IMG/VR virus record: IMGVR_UViG_3300045988_119396
Reading direction: 5' to 3' (one strand)
DNA length: 64,000 nucleotides
Source: a virus
Below the pieces are notes generated by a model, which was given only the letters and a program-made list of their open reading frames with translations, did not search any database and was not told the origin of the DNA. Position numbers and translations under genes: made by a program. Shown piece after piece: positions 38,172 through 46,590 of this stretch (its first letter is position 1; each line of letters begins with the position of its first letter).

Positions 38172-38236
38172 AGGGTAATTGGTATAATACAATAAAATAA
38201 TTTATTGCATTTTAAGGTTCGATTCCTTTTTATCCT
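38172..38236 (+). ncRNA. miniature tRNA-like element
   Basis: AGGGTAA ... AAGGTTCGATTCCTT-T-TTATCCT. Acceptor pairing with one G-U. T-loop GGTTCGATTCC. ~65 nt. Confidence 0.3.
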
Positions 38237-38287
38237 ATCAGTTTGAAACACAATTCAAACTAGAAAAATAATTTTAGGAGTGATTAT

Positions 38288-38884
38288 ATGCAAGCTATAC
38301 GATATGGTGAAGCCTTGAATTATCTGTTTGAGTTTTGCTTGTCTACTGGTAAAGAATTTCCGAAAGACTGGCGAAGGATAGACAATAGATTTTTCAATGG
38401 CATAAAGGATAACAAATTGAAAGATGAAGTGAAGATGTGTGTTGAGGTTATAAGCAACCATTCAATTAATAAGAATGGAAAAATTATACCTAAATCAAAA
38501 CGTGAAAGAAAAATTAATAGAGTGTTTAGACTGCAAAAAATAATCGAGCATGATATTAACTTTCATTACGGTAGACATACAAAAAGTATTTTAGAAAGAG
38601 AAGGATTACGTTTGAGCAACATGTACTCGGCATTAGGTAATCATGATGATTATATATCACAAAGAGAAAACGGTAAAAGAATTTTCTTGATTGATAGAGA
38701 AATGATTATCCACAAAACATATGATGATGTACACGTTGCTAGTAAAGAATACGGTGTCCAACCTTACAATGTTTACGATTGGTGCAATCGAGGTGCTTAT
38801 CGTTTTGATGGAAAAAGAATGATTAAAGCACATGTGTACAGTAATCTAGTTTGCAAAAATAAAGAATTTCATTATCAATTTTAG
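38288..38884 (+). CDS. homing-endonuclease-like protein with NUMOD1-type C-terminal DNA-binding helix
   Basis: KTYDDVHVASKEYGVQPYNVYDWCNRGAYRFDGKRM resembles the NUMOD1/IENR-type HTH of free-standing HEGs (tYdsi.eAak.lgi....i...c.gk...agGy.w). No GIY-YIG or HNH catalytic motif was recognised. Confidence 0.35.
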   Translation: MQAIRYGEALNYLFEFCLSTGKEFPKDWRRIDNRFFNGIKDNKLKDEVKMCVEVISNHSINKNGKIIPKSKRERKINRVFRLQKIIEHDINFHYGRHTKSILEREGLRLSNMYSALGNHDDYISQRENGKRIFLIDREMIIHKTYDDVHVASKEYGVQPYNVYDWCNRGAYRFDGKRMIKAHVYSNLVCKNKEFHYQF

Positions 38885-38923
38885 GAAACAAAAACAACTT
38901 GAATTTGAAAGGGTGTCTTAATT

Positions 38924-39202
38924 ATGGAAAACAGAGAAGAATTAGCAACAAAATTATTAAACGTATCACTAAAAGCAATCAACGACAAAGATTTAAACCT
39001 AGAAGAAAAGAGTGTTGTATACATTCTGGTAAACAAAATCTTAACTATTGGATATGAAAATGCAATGGGTGAACTACTACATGAAGAAAAATTTTATGAA
39101 GGCTTCGGCTTTACATACAACTATCTAACGTTAGTAACTAAGTTTTTGATGAGTAAATACTTTAATGAAATTCGTGAAATTTTAGATGGTGGTGAAAAAT
39201 AA
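38924..39202 (+). CDS. hypothetical early protein
   Basis: 92 aa, SD AAAGGGTG. Confidence 0.45.
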   Translation: MENREELATKLLNVSLKAINDKDLNLEEKSVVYILVNKILTIGYENAMGELLHEEKFYEGFGFTYNYLTLVTKFLMSKYFNEIREILDGGEK

Positions 39203-39894
39203 TGGAAAAAGAAAAAATTTTGGTAGAAGTCAAACAATTTGAACGTGAGCTACAAATGCAAAACAGGGTGCTTGCAGCTTTAAATACAGTAGATGATGTT
39301 AAGTTAGTTGTTATTGAAAATGAATTATTAGATATGTTCAAAAAGAAATTAAACGTAAAATTAAGGGCTTGGGGTGCAAAAGAAGGTTTGGCAGACAACT
39401 ACATCAATACTGAATGGAAAGATAGACTTTTGGTAATGTCGCTAGACCAGAAAAAAATAAAAGACAGATTAGGTATTGGCAAGAAGAAACGTTTTGACTT
39501 TGACGCTTATAGTTTGGACGAAGTGATGATGATTGTTAAAAAAGAAATTATCCGTCAAGGTATCGAAGATAATCCATCACAAAGTCTGTATTACAAGAAT
39601 TTGAAAGTAGGTTCAGCACCAACTCCACCAGCAATTCAACGTAAATACGGTATGAATTGGAATGATGTACTGGATTACATTGGAATTGAACCAACACCAT
39701 TAAAAACATATGAAGATACAGAAGAAATATTACGTGAATTGAAAGCAGAAATTGAAAGATTGAATATGAAATATCCCTTTAGAAAAAATGAATATGAAGA
39801 AAAAAGAGATAAAGAAAACAGTCCTTCATCAACAACAGCAATAGTTCGTACTGGTAAGGGGTGGAGAGAAATTATTAATGAAATTATGGACTAG
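39202..39894 (+). CDS. hypothetical protein, shares a ~50-aa domain with 41044..41790
   Basis: VKKEIIRQGIEDNPSQ...GSAPTPPAIQRKYGMNWNDVLDYIGI parallels VRNEIIRLGIQDNPKV...GKAPSPSFIFSKSKMTWIEFIEEIGF. Confidence 0.45.
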   Translation: MEKEKILVEVKQFERELQMQNRVLAALNTVDDVKLVVIENELLDMFKKKLNVKLRAWGAKEGLADNYINTEWKDRLLVMSLDQKKIKDRLGIGKKKRFDFDAYSLDEVMMIVKKEIIRQGIEDNPSQSLYYKNLKVGSAPTPPAIQRKYGMNWNDVLDYIGIEPTPLKTYEDTEEILRELKAEIERLNMKYPFRKNEYEEKRDKENSPSSTTAIVRTGKGWREIINEIMD

Positions 39895-40065
39895 AAAATA
39901 AATCGAATTTAAAAGGATGTCATCACTTTAAGGAGGTGGTTAAATTGATTGATTTTGCTGTGTAGTTGTAACTACGGAGCTAAAACTATAAACATTTAAA
40001 TATAGTATTCATAATTAATTAATTATAAATAAAAATAAATTTTAAATATACAGGAGGGCATATAT

Positions 40066-40779
40066 ATGTCAAATGAGTTACAAAAATTTAATTTTGAAGG
40101 TCAAGATTTAGCAGTTAAGGAAATTGATGGACAAGTTTATTTTAATGCAGAACAAGCTGCCATTGGGTTAGGCATTACCTCAACTTCAAATGGCTATACC
40201 AACGTAAGATGGTCTAGAATCAACAATTATTTAAATTCTGCCACAAGTGGCAGAAAAATTTCAAAGGGTGATTTCATCACAGAACCACAATTTTATAAGC
40301 TCGCAATCAAGGCGAATAATCCAGTTGCAGAAAAATTTCAAGATTGGGTAACTGGTGAAGTTTTACCATCAATTCGTAAACATGGTGCTTACATGACAGA
40401 AGAAACTGTGGAAGAAATTTTAACTAATCCAGATACAATTATTAAATTAGCTACACAGTTAAAAGAAGAAAGATTAGCACATCAAAAGACAAAAGAAGAA
40501 AAATTAATTGTTGAACAACAACTAAGTGAAGCCAAACCAAAAGTTAGTTACTACGACATTATTTTACAAAATCCATCGCTTGTATCAATCACACAAATTG
40601 CTAAGGATTATGGTATGAGTGGTAAAGGTATGAACCAGAAGTTAAAAGAATTAAAAATCCAATACAAGCAAAGCGGAACATGGTTCTTATATTCTAAATA
40701 CCAAGATAAAGGTTGGACTTCATCAGAAACAAAAATTATTCCAACTAGCTATGGTGACAAGGTAACAATGTCCACTTAG
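40066..40779 (+). CDS. phage antirepressor (Bro-N/KilA-N domain + ANT C-terminal domain)
   Basis: N-terminal FNFEGQDLAVKEIDGQVYFNAEQAAIGLG matches Bro-N. C-terminal ITQIAKDYGMSGKGMNQKLKELKIQYKQSGTWFLYSKYQDKGW matches the P22 Ant/ORF6C C-terminus. Confidence 0.6.
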   Translation: MSNELQKFNFEGQDLAVKEIDGQVYFNAEQAAIGLGITSTSNGYTNVRWSRINNYLNSATSGRKISKGDFITEPQFYKLAIKANNPVAEKFQDWVTGEVLPSIRKHGAYMTEETVEEILTNPDTIIKLATQLKEERLAHQKTKEEKLIVEQQLSEAKPKVSYYDIILQNPSLVSITQIAKDYGMSGKGMNQKLKELKIQYKQSGTWFLYSKYQDKGWTSSETKIIPTSYGDKVTMST

Positions 40780-41043
40780 TGGACACAAAAAGGTCGTTTG
40801 GCGTTGTATGACATTTTAAAAGAAAAAGGTATCTTACCTATGATTGAAAGAAACAATCAAGATTAAGATACCAAAATAAAAATAATTTTGAAAAATTATC
40901 TTTAGACCAACACCTAAAGATTAACACAAAAAATTATTTTTTCCCAGTGTTCTGGGTTTTTAAATATTCCCTAGAAATAGGGGGTATCTAAAAGTTCAGA
41001 ACAATGAGCTTTAAAAATAAACAAAAGAAAGTAGGAATTAATC

Positions 41044-41790
41044 ATGGAAAAATTTGAATACAAGGATTTAGAACATATGAAAGAAGTTGTTAGAAACGAA
41101 ATTATACGATTGGGCATTCAAGATAACCCAAAGGTGCAATCTTACAACGATGGGTACATTCGTGGCAAAGCACCGAGTCCAAGTTTTATCTTTTCAAAAT
41201 CTAAGATGACATGGATTGAATTTATAGAAGAAATCGGTTTTAAGTCAATCTCACGAAAAGAAAGTAGTGAAACAGGTAAACGTAATTTAGGTAAGAAGTA
41301 TGCAAAAGTAGGTAAACAAGCATGGAAAAGTGATAGCTTTAGAAAAAGAATTATGGACGAAGCGGTAACAGCTATGCACGAAGGTGGGTACGGTATGCAA
41401 AATGAATTGCACAAAAAATTTAAGAATGATATTGGCATTGGTTTTGGAACATTCTTAAATCATGATTTTAATTACGGTGATTTCATTCATGCTTACGTGG
41501 AAAAATATGGTGAACTACCACATGGTGTGAGAAGTGTTTGGAAATACGCTACAGATAAAGAATTAATTGATGGCATGGAAAACTTATTTAAGAAATATGA
41601 ATGTACTAGCTTCTGGGACTACATCAGAAAAAATCACGACTCACTTGCACCAGACCCAAAGTTATTGATTAGAAGATTGGGTAAAAAGAATGTTTATGTA
41701 TTAGCAAATGGCTTTGCAGAACAATATGGAAAATTTAGCAAAACTAAAAGTATTAATAAAAATAAAAATATGGGTAAGAGATGGGCATAA
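41044..41790 (+). CDS. hypothetical protein, paralogous N-terminal domain with 39202..39894
   Basis: See above. 248 aa. Confidence 0.45.
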   Translation: MEKFEYKDLEHMKEVVRNEIIRLGIQDNPKVQSYNDGYIRGKAPSPSFIFSKSKMTWIEFIEEIGFKSISRKESSETGKRNLGKKYAKVGKQAWKSDSFRKRIMDEAVTAMHEGGYGMQNELHKKFKNDIGIGFGTFLNHDFNYGDFIHAYVEKYGELPHGVRSVWKYATDKELIDGMENLFKKYECTSFWDYIRKNHDSLAPDPKLLIRRLGKKNVYVLANGFAEQYGKFSKTKSINKNKNMGKRWA

Positions 41791-41805
41791 CAAGGAGGAA
41801 TTAAC

Positions 41806-42102
41806 ATGGAATTAACATTCGCAGATAAAAACACAGAAATGATTTATAAGAAAAAGTTTTCTAAGAAGATACCACATCAGATACAGAAAACAGCATACAA
41901 GAAGTTGGCATTATTAGATGAGGCAGATAGCGTAGGTGATTTAAAAGTAATACCTTCTAATCGCTTAGAATTTCTAAAAGGCAGCATGAAGGGTGGTAAG
42001 AAAAATAAATATAGTATTAGGGTAAATAAGCAATACAGAATTTTATTTGAATACATCGCAGATATGTTTTGTAATGTTGAGTTGGTAGACTACCACATCT
42101 AA
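41806..42102 (+). CDS. higB: HigB-like (RelE/ParE superfamily) mRNA-interferase toxin, no adjacent HigA
   Basis: 98 aa with the HigB pattern KKFSKKIPHQIQKTAYKKLALLDEA..DLKVIPSNRLEFLKGSMKGGKKNKYSIRVNKQYRILFEY...VELVDYH. No HTH ORF immediately downstream. Confidence 0.55.
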   Translation: MELTFADKNTEMIYKKKFSKKIPHQIQKTAYKKLALLDEADSVGDLKVIPSNRLEFLKGSMKGGKKNKYSIRVNKQYRILFEYIADMFCNVELVDYHI

Positions 42103-42349
42103 CAGTTACAAAAAGAAAAGAATTTTTACCAAAAAATACAAATGAAAATATTTTTTAAATTAAAAGGGTGTCAGCGTGTTACTTGGGTAAGTTGGCATAT
42201 AAAATAGCTCAGACAACGAAGTTATCATAACATAGATAGTAAAGTAAAAATAACTCGAATAGCGTTATTTTTATTATTGACAGTAGTTAAAAATGTGGTA
42301 GAATTACGTTATAAAGTTAAAAGTTAAAAGAATAAAGGGGTGATACAGT

Positions 42350-42601
42350 ATGAAAAAGAATTTAATCACAGTGATATCCAGTCAAGGCGAAAACAATGAA
42401 GTGAGATTGCATATCAATTATGAAAACAATGTGTACTATAAAGGTACTCCAGCAACAGATGATGATATTTATGTTAACTTTCATGAATATCCAGCTGTTA
42501 ATGTAATGAATGAAGATGAGTTAAATAATCAAGTTTCAGAATTAAATGCTAATGGTTTTAGAAGTGTTAGCAAGTCGGACTATCAAAGATTAATGAACTA
42601 A
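42350..42601 (+). CDS. hypothetical protein
   Basis: 83 aa. Promoter TTGACA-N17-TAGAAT at ~42282. Not HTH-like. Confidence 0.4.
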   Translation: MKKNLITVISSQGENNEVRLHINYENNVYYKGTPATDDDIYVNFHEYPAVNVMNEDELNNQVSELNANGFRSVSKSDYQRLMN

Positions 42602-42654
42602 AAGATAAAAACAAAACAACAATAAAGATTAAGAATTAAAGGGTGGTAATTATT

Positions 42655-43671
42655 ATGGAAATTAGAGATGTATACACAAGTTGGTTGGAAAGTAAATCAG
42701 AAAACACAAGAACAAAATATCAAGCAAAGGTAGATAACTTTTCTGAAATGGTATTTGGGAAAGAGGCTTGGGAACTAACAGAAGAAGATTTGGTTAACTT
42801 AACATATCATGATGTTTATGGTAAATATATCAAAACATTCTTAACAGGTAGTAAACCAACTAAAGAAACAACTATTGTTAACTACCTACGTTCAATCAAA
42901 TCATATTTTGGTGCTATCAGACGTGCGGGTATTTATCCTAACGTTAATTTCGACCATCTGGTTAACGATGTATTATATACGAAAGATTTATCTGCTAAAG
43001 ATGGTGGACATAACGAACAAATTTCCAAATCAGAAGTTAAGGAAATGGAAAGTTGGTTGATTGATAACAAGCCAAATGGATATAAGTATGCTACATTGAT
43101 TGATTTCATGTTTCATACAGCAGTTCGTGTTTCAGCTGCATTCACTATCCGTTGGAGTGGCTTTACAGTTTATGAAAGTCCTTATGGTGGTACTTTTGCT
43201 AAGTTAAAAGTAATTGATAAGGGACGTAAATTGAACGATAAGGATATTCCAGTAAAACACTTTAACAACCTAAAGGAAACTATGGGGTATGATGGAAATG
43301 ATGATGAGTTAGTGTTTAAGGGTATGAAACAAACAACCTTGCGTAATTACATGAAGGAATTTAGTGACCTTCGTGGACGTAACTGGACTCCACATTCATT
43401 AAAGGTTGGTGCTGCTACTACATTTTATAGCATTACTAAAGACATTGTTGCTACATCAAGACTATTAGACCATGAAAGTTTAGATACAACAATGACTTAT
43501 ATTAGAAACAATCCTAACCCAAATGATAGTGGTACAACAATCTTATATAGTTCAGATACACACGTTGACTTCAGCAAATTAAAGAAGGAACAACTATTGA
43601 TGTTGATTAATAATAGACCAGAAGTTGCCGATATGTTATCACGTGACGCAGAACGTATGGGAGTGAATTAA
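42655..43671 (+). CDS. tyrosine recombinase/integrase-like protein with Arg-II replaced by Lys
   Basis: Box I HTAVRVSAAFTIRW. HSLKVGAATTFY, with K where HxxR is expected. LLDHESLDTTMTYIRN carries the catalytic Tyr. Confidence 0.55.
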   Translation: MEIRDVYTSWLESKSENTRTKYQAKVDNFSEMVFGKEAWELTEEDLVNLTYHDVYGKYIKTFLTGSKPTKETTIVNYLRSIKSYFGAIRRAGIYPNVNFDHLVNDVLYTKDLSAKDGGHNEQISKSEVKEMESWLIDNKPNGYKYATLIDFMFHTAVRVSAAFTIRWSGFTVYESPYGGTFAKLKVIDKGRKLNDKDIPVKHFNNLKETMGYDGNDDELVFKGMKQTTLRNYMKEFSDLRGRNWTPHSLKVGAATTFYSITKDIVATSRLLDHESLDTTMTYIRNNPNPNDSGTTILYSSDTHVDFSKLKKEQLLMLINNRPEVADMLSRDAERMGVN

Positions 43672-43750
43672 TTTATTCATTAGACTCCTAATTAGTGCCA
43701 GCACCTAGACCTGTAATACAAGTCTTTGGTATAATTGATGGGGACAGGTG

Positions 43751-45091
43751 ATGAAAATGAAGAGAACTTTTAATGAAATTCACATAAGAATGGTGACGCA
43801 TGAAGAGTATGAAAAAATCATGCGTCTTTGTCATAATCTGACTTATGAAGCAAAGAAAAAAGATGATATTGAATACCTAAATGAAATGCTAGATGAATAT
43901 TACGTTATTCGTGATTACTTTTATAGTCTACATTCTGACGAATATTGGTATAAAAGATTGGATGGAATGTCAGATGAGGAGTTTTTAAAAGAGAAAATTA
44001 AGATTGTTCATTTCCCTAATTACCAAAATATTTCTAATGAAATGGTACTTAGGAGGGCTGTGCGTAATATAAAAATCATAGACTATACAGTATATGCGGG
44101 CTACAATCTAGCGTTTAAAAATTCGTATGTTTTAAGAGCTAATGACCGAGATGTAAAAAAGAAGAAGATAGCTAATAAAATGACTTGGATAGGGGAGGTA
44201 GAAGAAAAAGAAGGTAAGCCTTTATCCAAAATACCAGTAGAAGATTTTTGTAAATATTTTTATTCAGAAAAAATAGCAACAGCTGGTTTTGAAAGAAGCG
44301 AGTTTTTGTGGTGTGTTAAAGGGTTATTGAAACTCGGTGGCATGACAGAAACAGAAATAGAAGAATACGCAGATACTTATATAAAGCATGTTGTAAAAGA
44401 AGTGGCAGAACGTTCTAATGCAGAACTTGAAAGCAGTCAAACTTTATATGGTGAAATAGATAAAGTATTAAGGACAGTATATAACAGGGGCAAAAGTTTT
44501 AAATATAGGTTTACTAATGCACGTGACCAAGTTATTATCTGCCTTATATTGTTAGGTGTAACAATAGATGAGTTCCAATACTTAGACGAGAAAGATTTCA
44601 ATTCAAAGGGCTTTAGTGATAACGGTGTCCTAACAATCAGAAATCTCAAGATGGGAACTAGAACTATAGAAATACCATTAGGTTTAAAGTTGAAAATAAA
44701 CGAATACTTAGGTATGGTGCATACAAAATCTTCTGATGGTTCTTTAATAGTCGGTGCAAGAGCTGTAAATAATGAGTATGTACGAATTACAGAAAGACAA
44801 GTGCGTGTTGTTGCGTTGAAATATGATGATAAGATAAAAAAAGCTACTGACCTAACACAAATAGGTAGAATGTTAAACTTTATGGACGTAGTTCGTGAGT
44901 ACGAAGAGGAACATGGTGAAAAACCAAAAGGTGATTATTTTGAAGATAAAGAGAATTTAGATTTAATAGCAAATAACATGAGAAGGTATGGCATGCTCCA
45001 TGCAGATGATTTTATTACTGTTGACGACATGAAATTTATAAAATTACAGTACCATAAGCTTTATTCAAATTATCTTGGGACTAGGGTCTAG
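43751..45091 (+). CDS. second tyrosine-recombinase-like protein (degenerate catalytic motifs)
   Basis: TNARDQVIICLILLGVTIDEFQYL resembles box I. No canonical HxxR/HxxxY was recognised. Confidence 0.35.
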   Translation: MKMKRTFNEIHIRMVTHEEYEKIMRLCHNLTYEAKKKDDIEYLNEMLDEYYVIRDYFYSLHSDEYWYKRLDGMSDEEFLKEKIKIVHFPNYQNISNEMVLRRAVRNIKIIDYTVYAGYNLAFKNSYVLRANDRDVKKKKIANKMTWIGEVEEKEGKPLSKIPVEDFCKYFYSEKIATAGFERSEFLWCVKGLLKLGGMTETEIEEYADTYIKHVVKEVAERSNAELESSQTLYGEIDKVLRTVYNRGKSFKYRFTNARDQVIICLILLGVTIDEFQYLDEKDFNSKGFSDNGVLTIRNLKMGTRTIEIPLGLKLKINEYLGMVHTKSSDGSLIVGARAVNNEYVRITERQVRVVALKYDDKIKKATDLTQIGRMLNFMDVVREYEEEHGEKPKGDYFEDKENLDLIANNMRRYGMLHADDFITVDDMKFIKLQYHKLYSNYLGTRV

Positions 45092-45135
45092 TAAACGTGT
45101 GAGAAATTGCACGTTTATTTTTTTGTTTATAATTA

Positions 45136-45195
45136 TTGACTTATAATTATTGTATGTTATAATATAATAGTTGAGTTAAGAGTTTAGAGAATAAA
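45136..45195 (+). promoter_or_regulatory. promoter (TTGACT-16-TATAAT) + conserved leader motif GTTAAGAGTTTAGAGAATAAA (copy 1)
   Basis: -35 at 45136-45141, -10 at 45158-45163. Motif at 45175-45195. Near-identical ~60-bp block at 52806-52865. Confidence 0.55.
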
Positions 45196-45878
45196 TGATT
45201 AACTTGCAAGAATTTGATAAAGGAGGTTTGTTTATCAATTTCGGAATTATGGCTTCCAGTGGTGGAAGTGGTAAAGATACAGTAGCAGATATGTTGTTGG
45301 CTTACCTAGCAAGCTATGATAGACATTCTAAAAAATACGCTTTAGCAGATGGTATTTATGATGTTTGTTATTCAATTCTAGGTAATGAAGATGACATTAA
45401 GCGTAGTCATCTACAAGGTGTAGGTGAGTCATTAAGACTTGTTTTTGGCAAAGATGTTTGGATTAACGATACAGACAAGAGAATTAAATCAGACCAACAA
45501 TTCCTTGATGATGTTATCGTAACAGACATTCGTAAGCTAAGAGAGTTCTCACATTACTTTGTAGATAAAGGTTTTGTTCCACTATATATCAAGGTTGATA
45601 AGGATATTGCCTTAGCACGTTTAAAAGAACGTGATGGTTATGTTCAAACAGAAAACTTTGGTAACAAAATCGAAAAGGAACTTAACTTTATTGAAAGTTT
45701 ACCTATTATCAAGACTAATATTCCAAATGTTAGCAAGGTAAATGTTCCAAACAATTCAGTGCTTAACAGCATTTATATCATTGACAATAACAGTGATGTA
45801 GATGAGTTGAGAGTTACAATCTCAATGTTGGTTGATAATTTAGCTCAGGAAGAAGGGTGGAATAAATTACAATGGTAG
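45195..45878 (+). CDS. dNMP kinase (T4 gp1-like P-loop kinase)
   Basis: MASSGGSGKDTVADMLLAYL parallels T4 gp1 GVKRSGKDTTADF. The start codon is uncertain (TTG 45235 or ATG 45249). Confidence 0.55.
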   Translation: MINLQEFDKGGLFINFGIMASSGGSGKDTVADMLLAYLASYDRHSKKYALADGIYDVCYSILGNEDDIKRSHLQGVGESLRLVFGKDVWINDTDKRIKSDQQFLDDVIVTDIRKLREFSHYFVDKGFVPLYIKVDKDIALARLKERDGYVQTENFGNKIEKELNFIESLPIIKTNIPNVSKVNVPNNSVLNSIYIIDNNSDVDELRVTISMLVDNLAQEEGWNKLQW

Positions 45879-46564
45879 AAGGTAAAAACTACACACATAT
45901 TCTCAATATCAAAGTTGGTATGAATATTGACGAAGCTATCAGTCCAGAAAATATTCATGGTGTAATGTATATGCTTGGTGTTAATAACCCAGATGATGTT
46001 GAGAAAGTATTTCTACAACGCAAGTATGATGAAATACAAACTACATTAGGTGCATTACATTTTGATGTGTTGCAAGGCGAAGTAGAACCTTTAAATCAAG
46101 GTCAAGCTGTTGATACTAAACCAGAAACAATACAAGAAATGAAACCAGTTGAACCAGAAGTGGAAAAATTACCAGAAGAAAATGGTGAAATTGCTGGTGC
46201 AACAGCCACACATATCGAACCTAATGAAAACATGGAAGATGACGGAATGTTCATGACAGAACCACCAGAAAATTTACATGATGACGACAAAATCGTACAG
46301 GATATGACAGATGAAGAACAAGAGTTAATCGGTGATTACTTTGGTTACTTACAAAACCACGAAGCAGATGATGTGTTAGCTTTTGTCGTCAATAAATCTT
46401 ACAAAGATAAGATTAACGAAGATGTTGTCAAAGCATTTGTCAGTGGCTTAACTGTAGTACCTTTTATGTACAAAGATTTAGGCGAACATGTATTAGCTGG
46501 CATTAAATACCTAAATAAAGAAACAAATAAGGTTGAAACAATTAAGTACGACACAACATTGTAA
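45872..46564 (+). CDS. hypothetical acidic protein
   Basis: 230 aa, Asp/Glu-rich centre. Confidence 0.45.
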   Translation: MVEGKNYTHILNIKVGMNIDEAISPENIHGVMYMLGVNNPDDVEKVFLQRKYDEIQTTLGALHFDVLQGEVEPLNQGQAVDTKPETIQEMKPVEPEVEKLPEENGEIAGATATHIEPNENMEDDGMFMTEPPENLHDDDKIVQDMTDEEQELIGDYFGYLQNHEADDVLAFVVNKSYKDKINEDVVKAFVSGLTVVPFMYKDLGEHVLAGIKYLNKETNKVETIKYDTTL

Positions 46565-46590
46565 AAAGTAATAAGGAGGGATAGCCTTAG

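Noticed and set aside
38255-39398. Minus-strand ORFs 38255..38461 and 39162..39398
   Set aside because: Antisense to the plus-strand early operon, overlapping better-supported genes.
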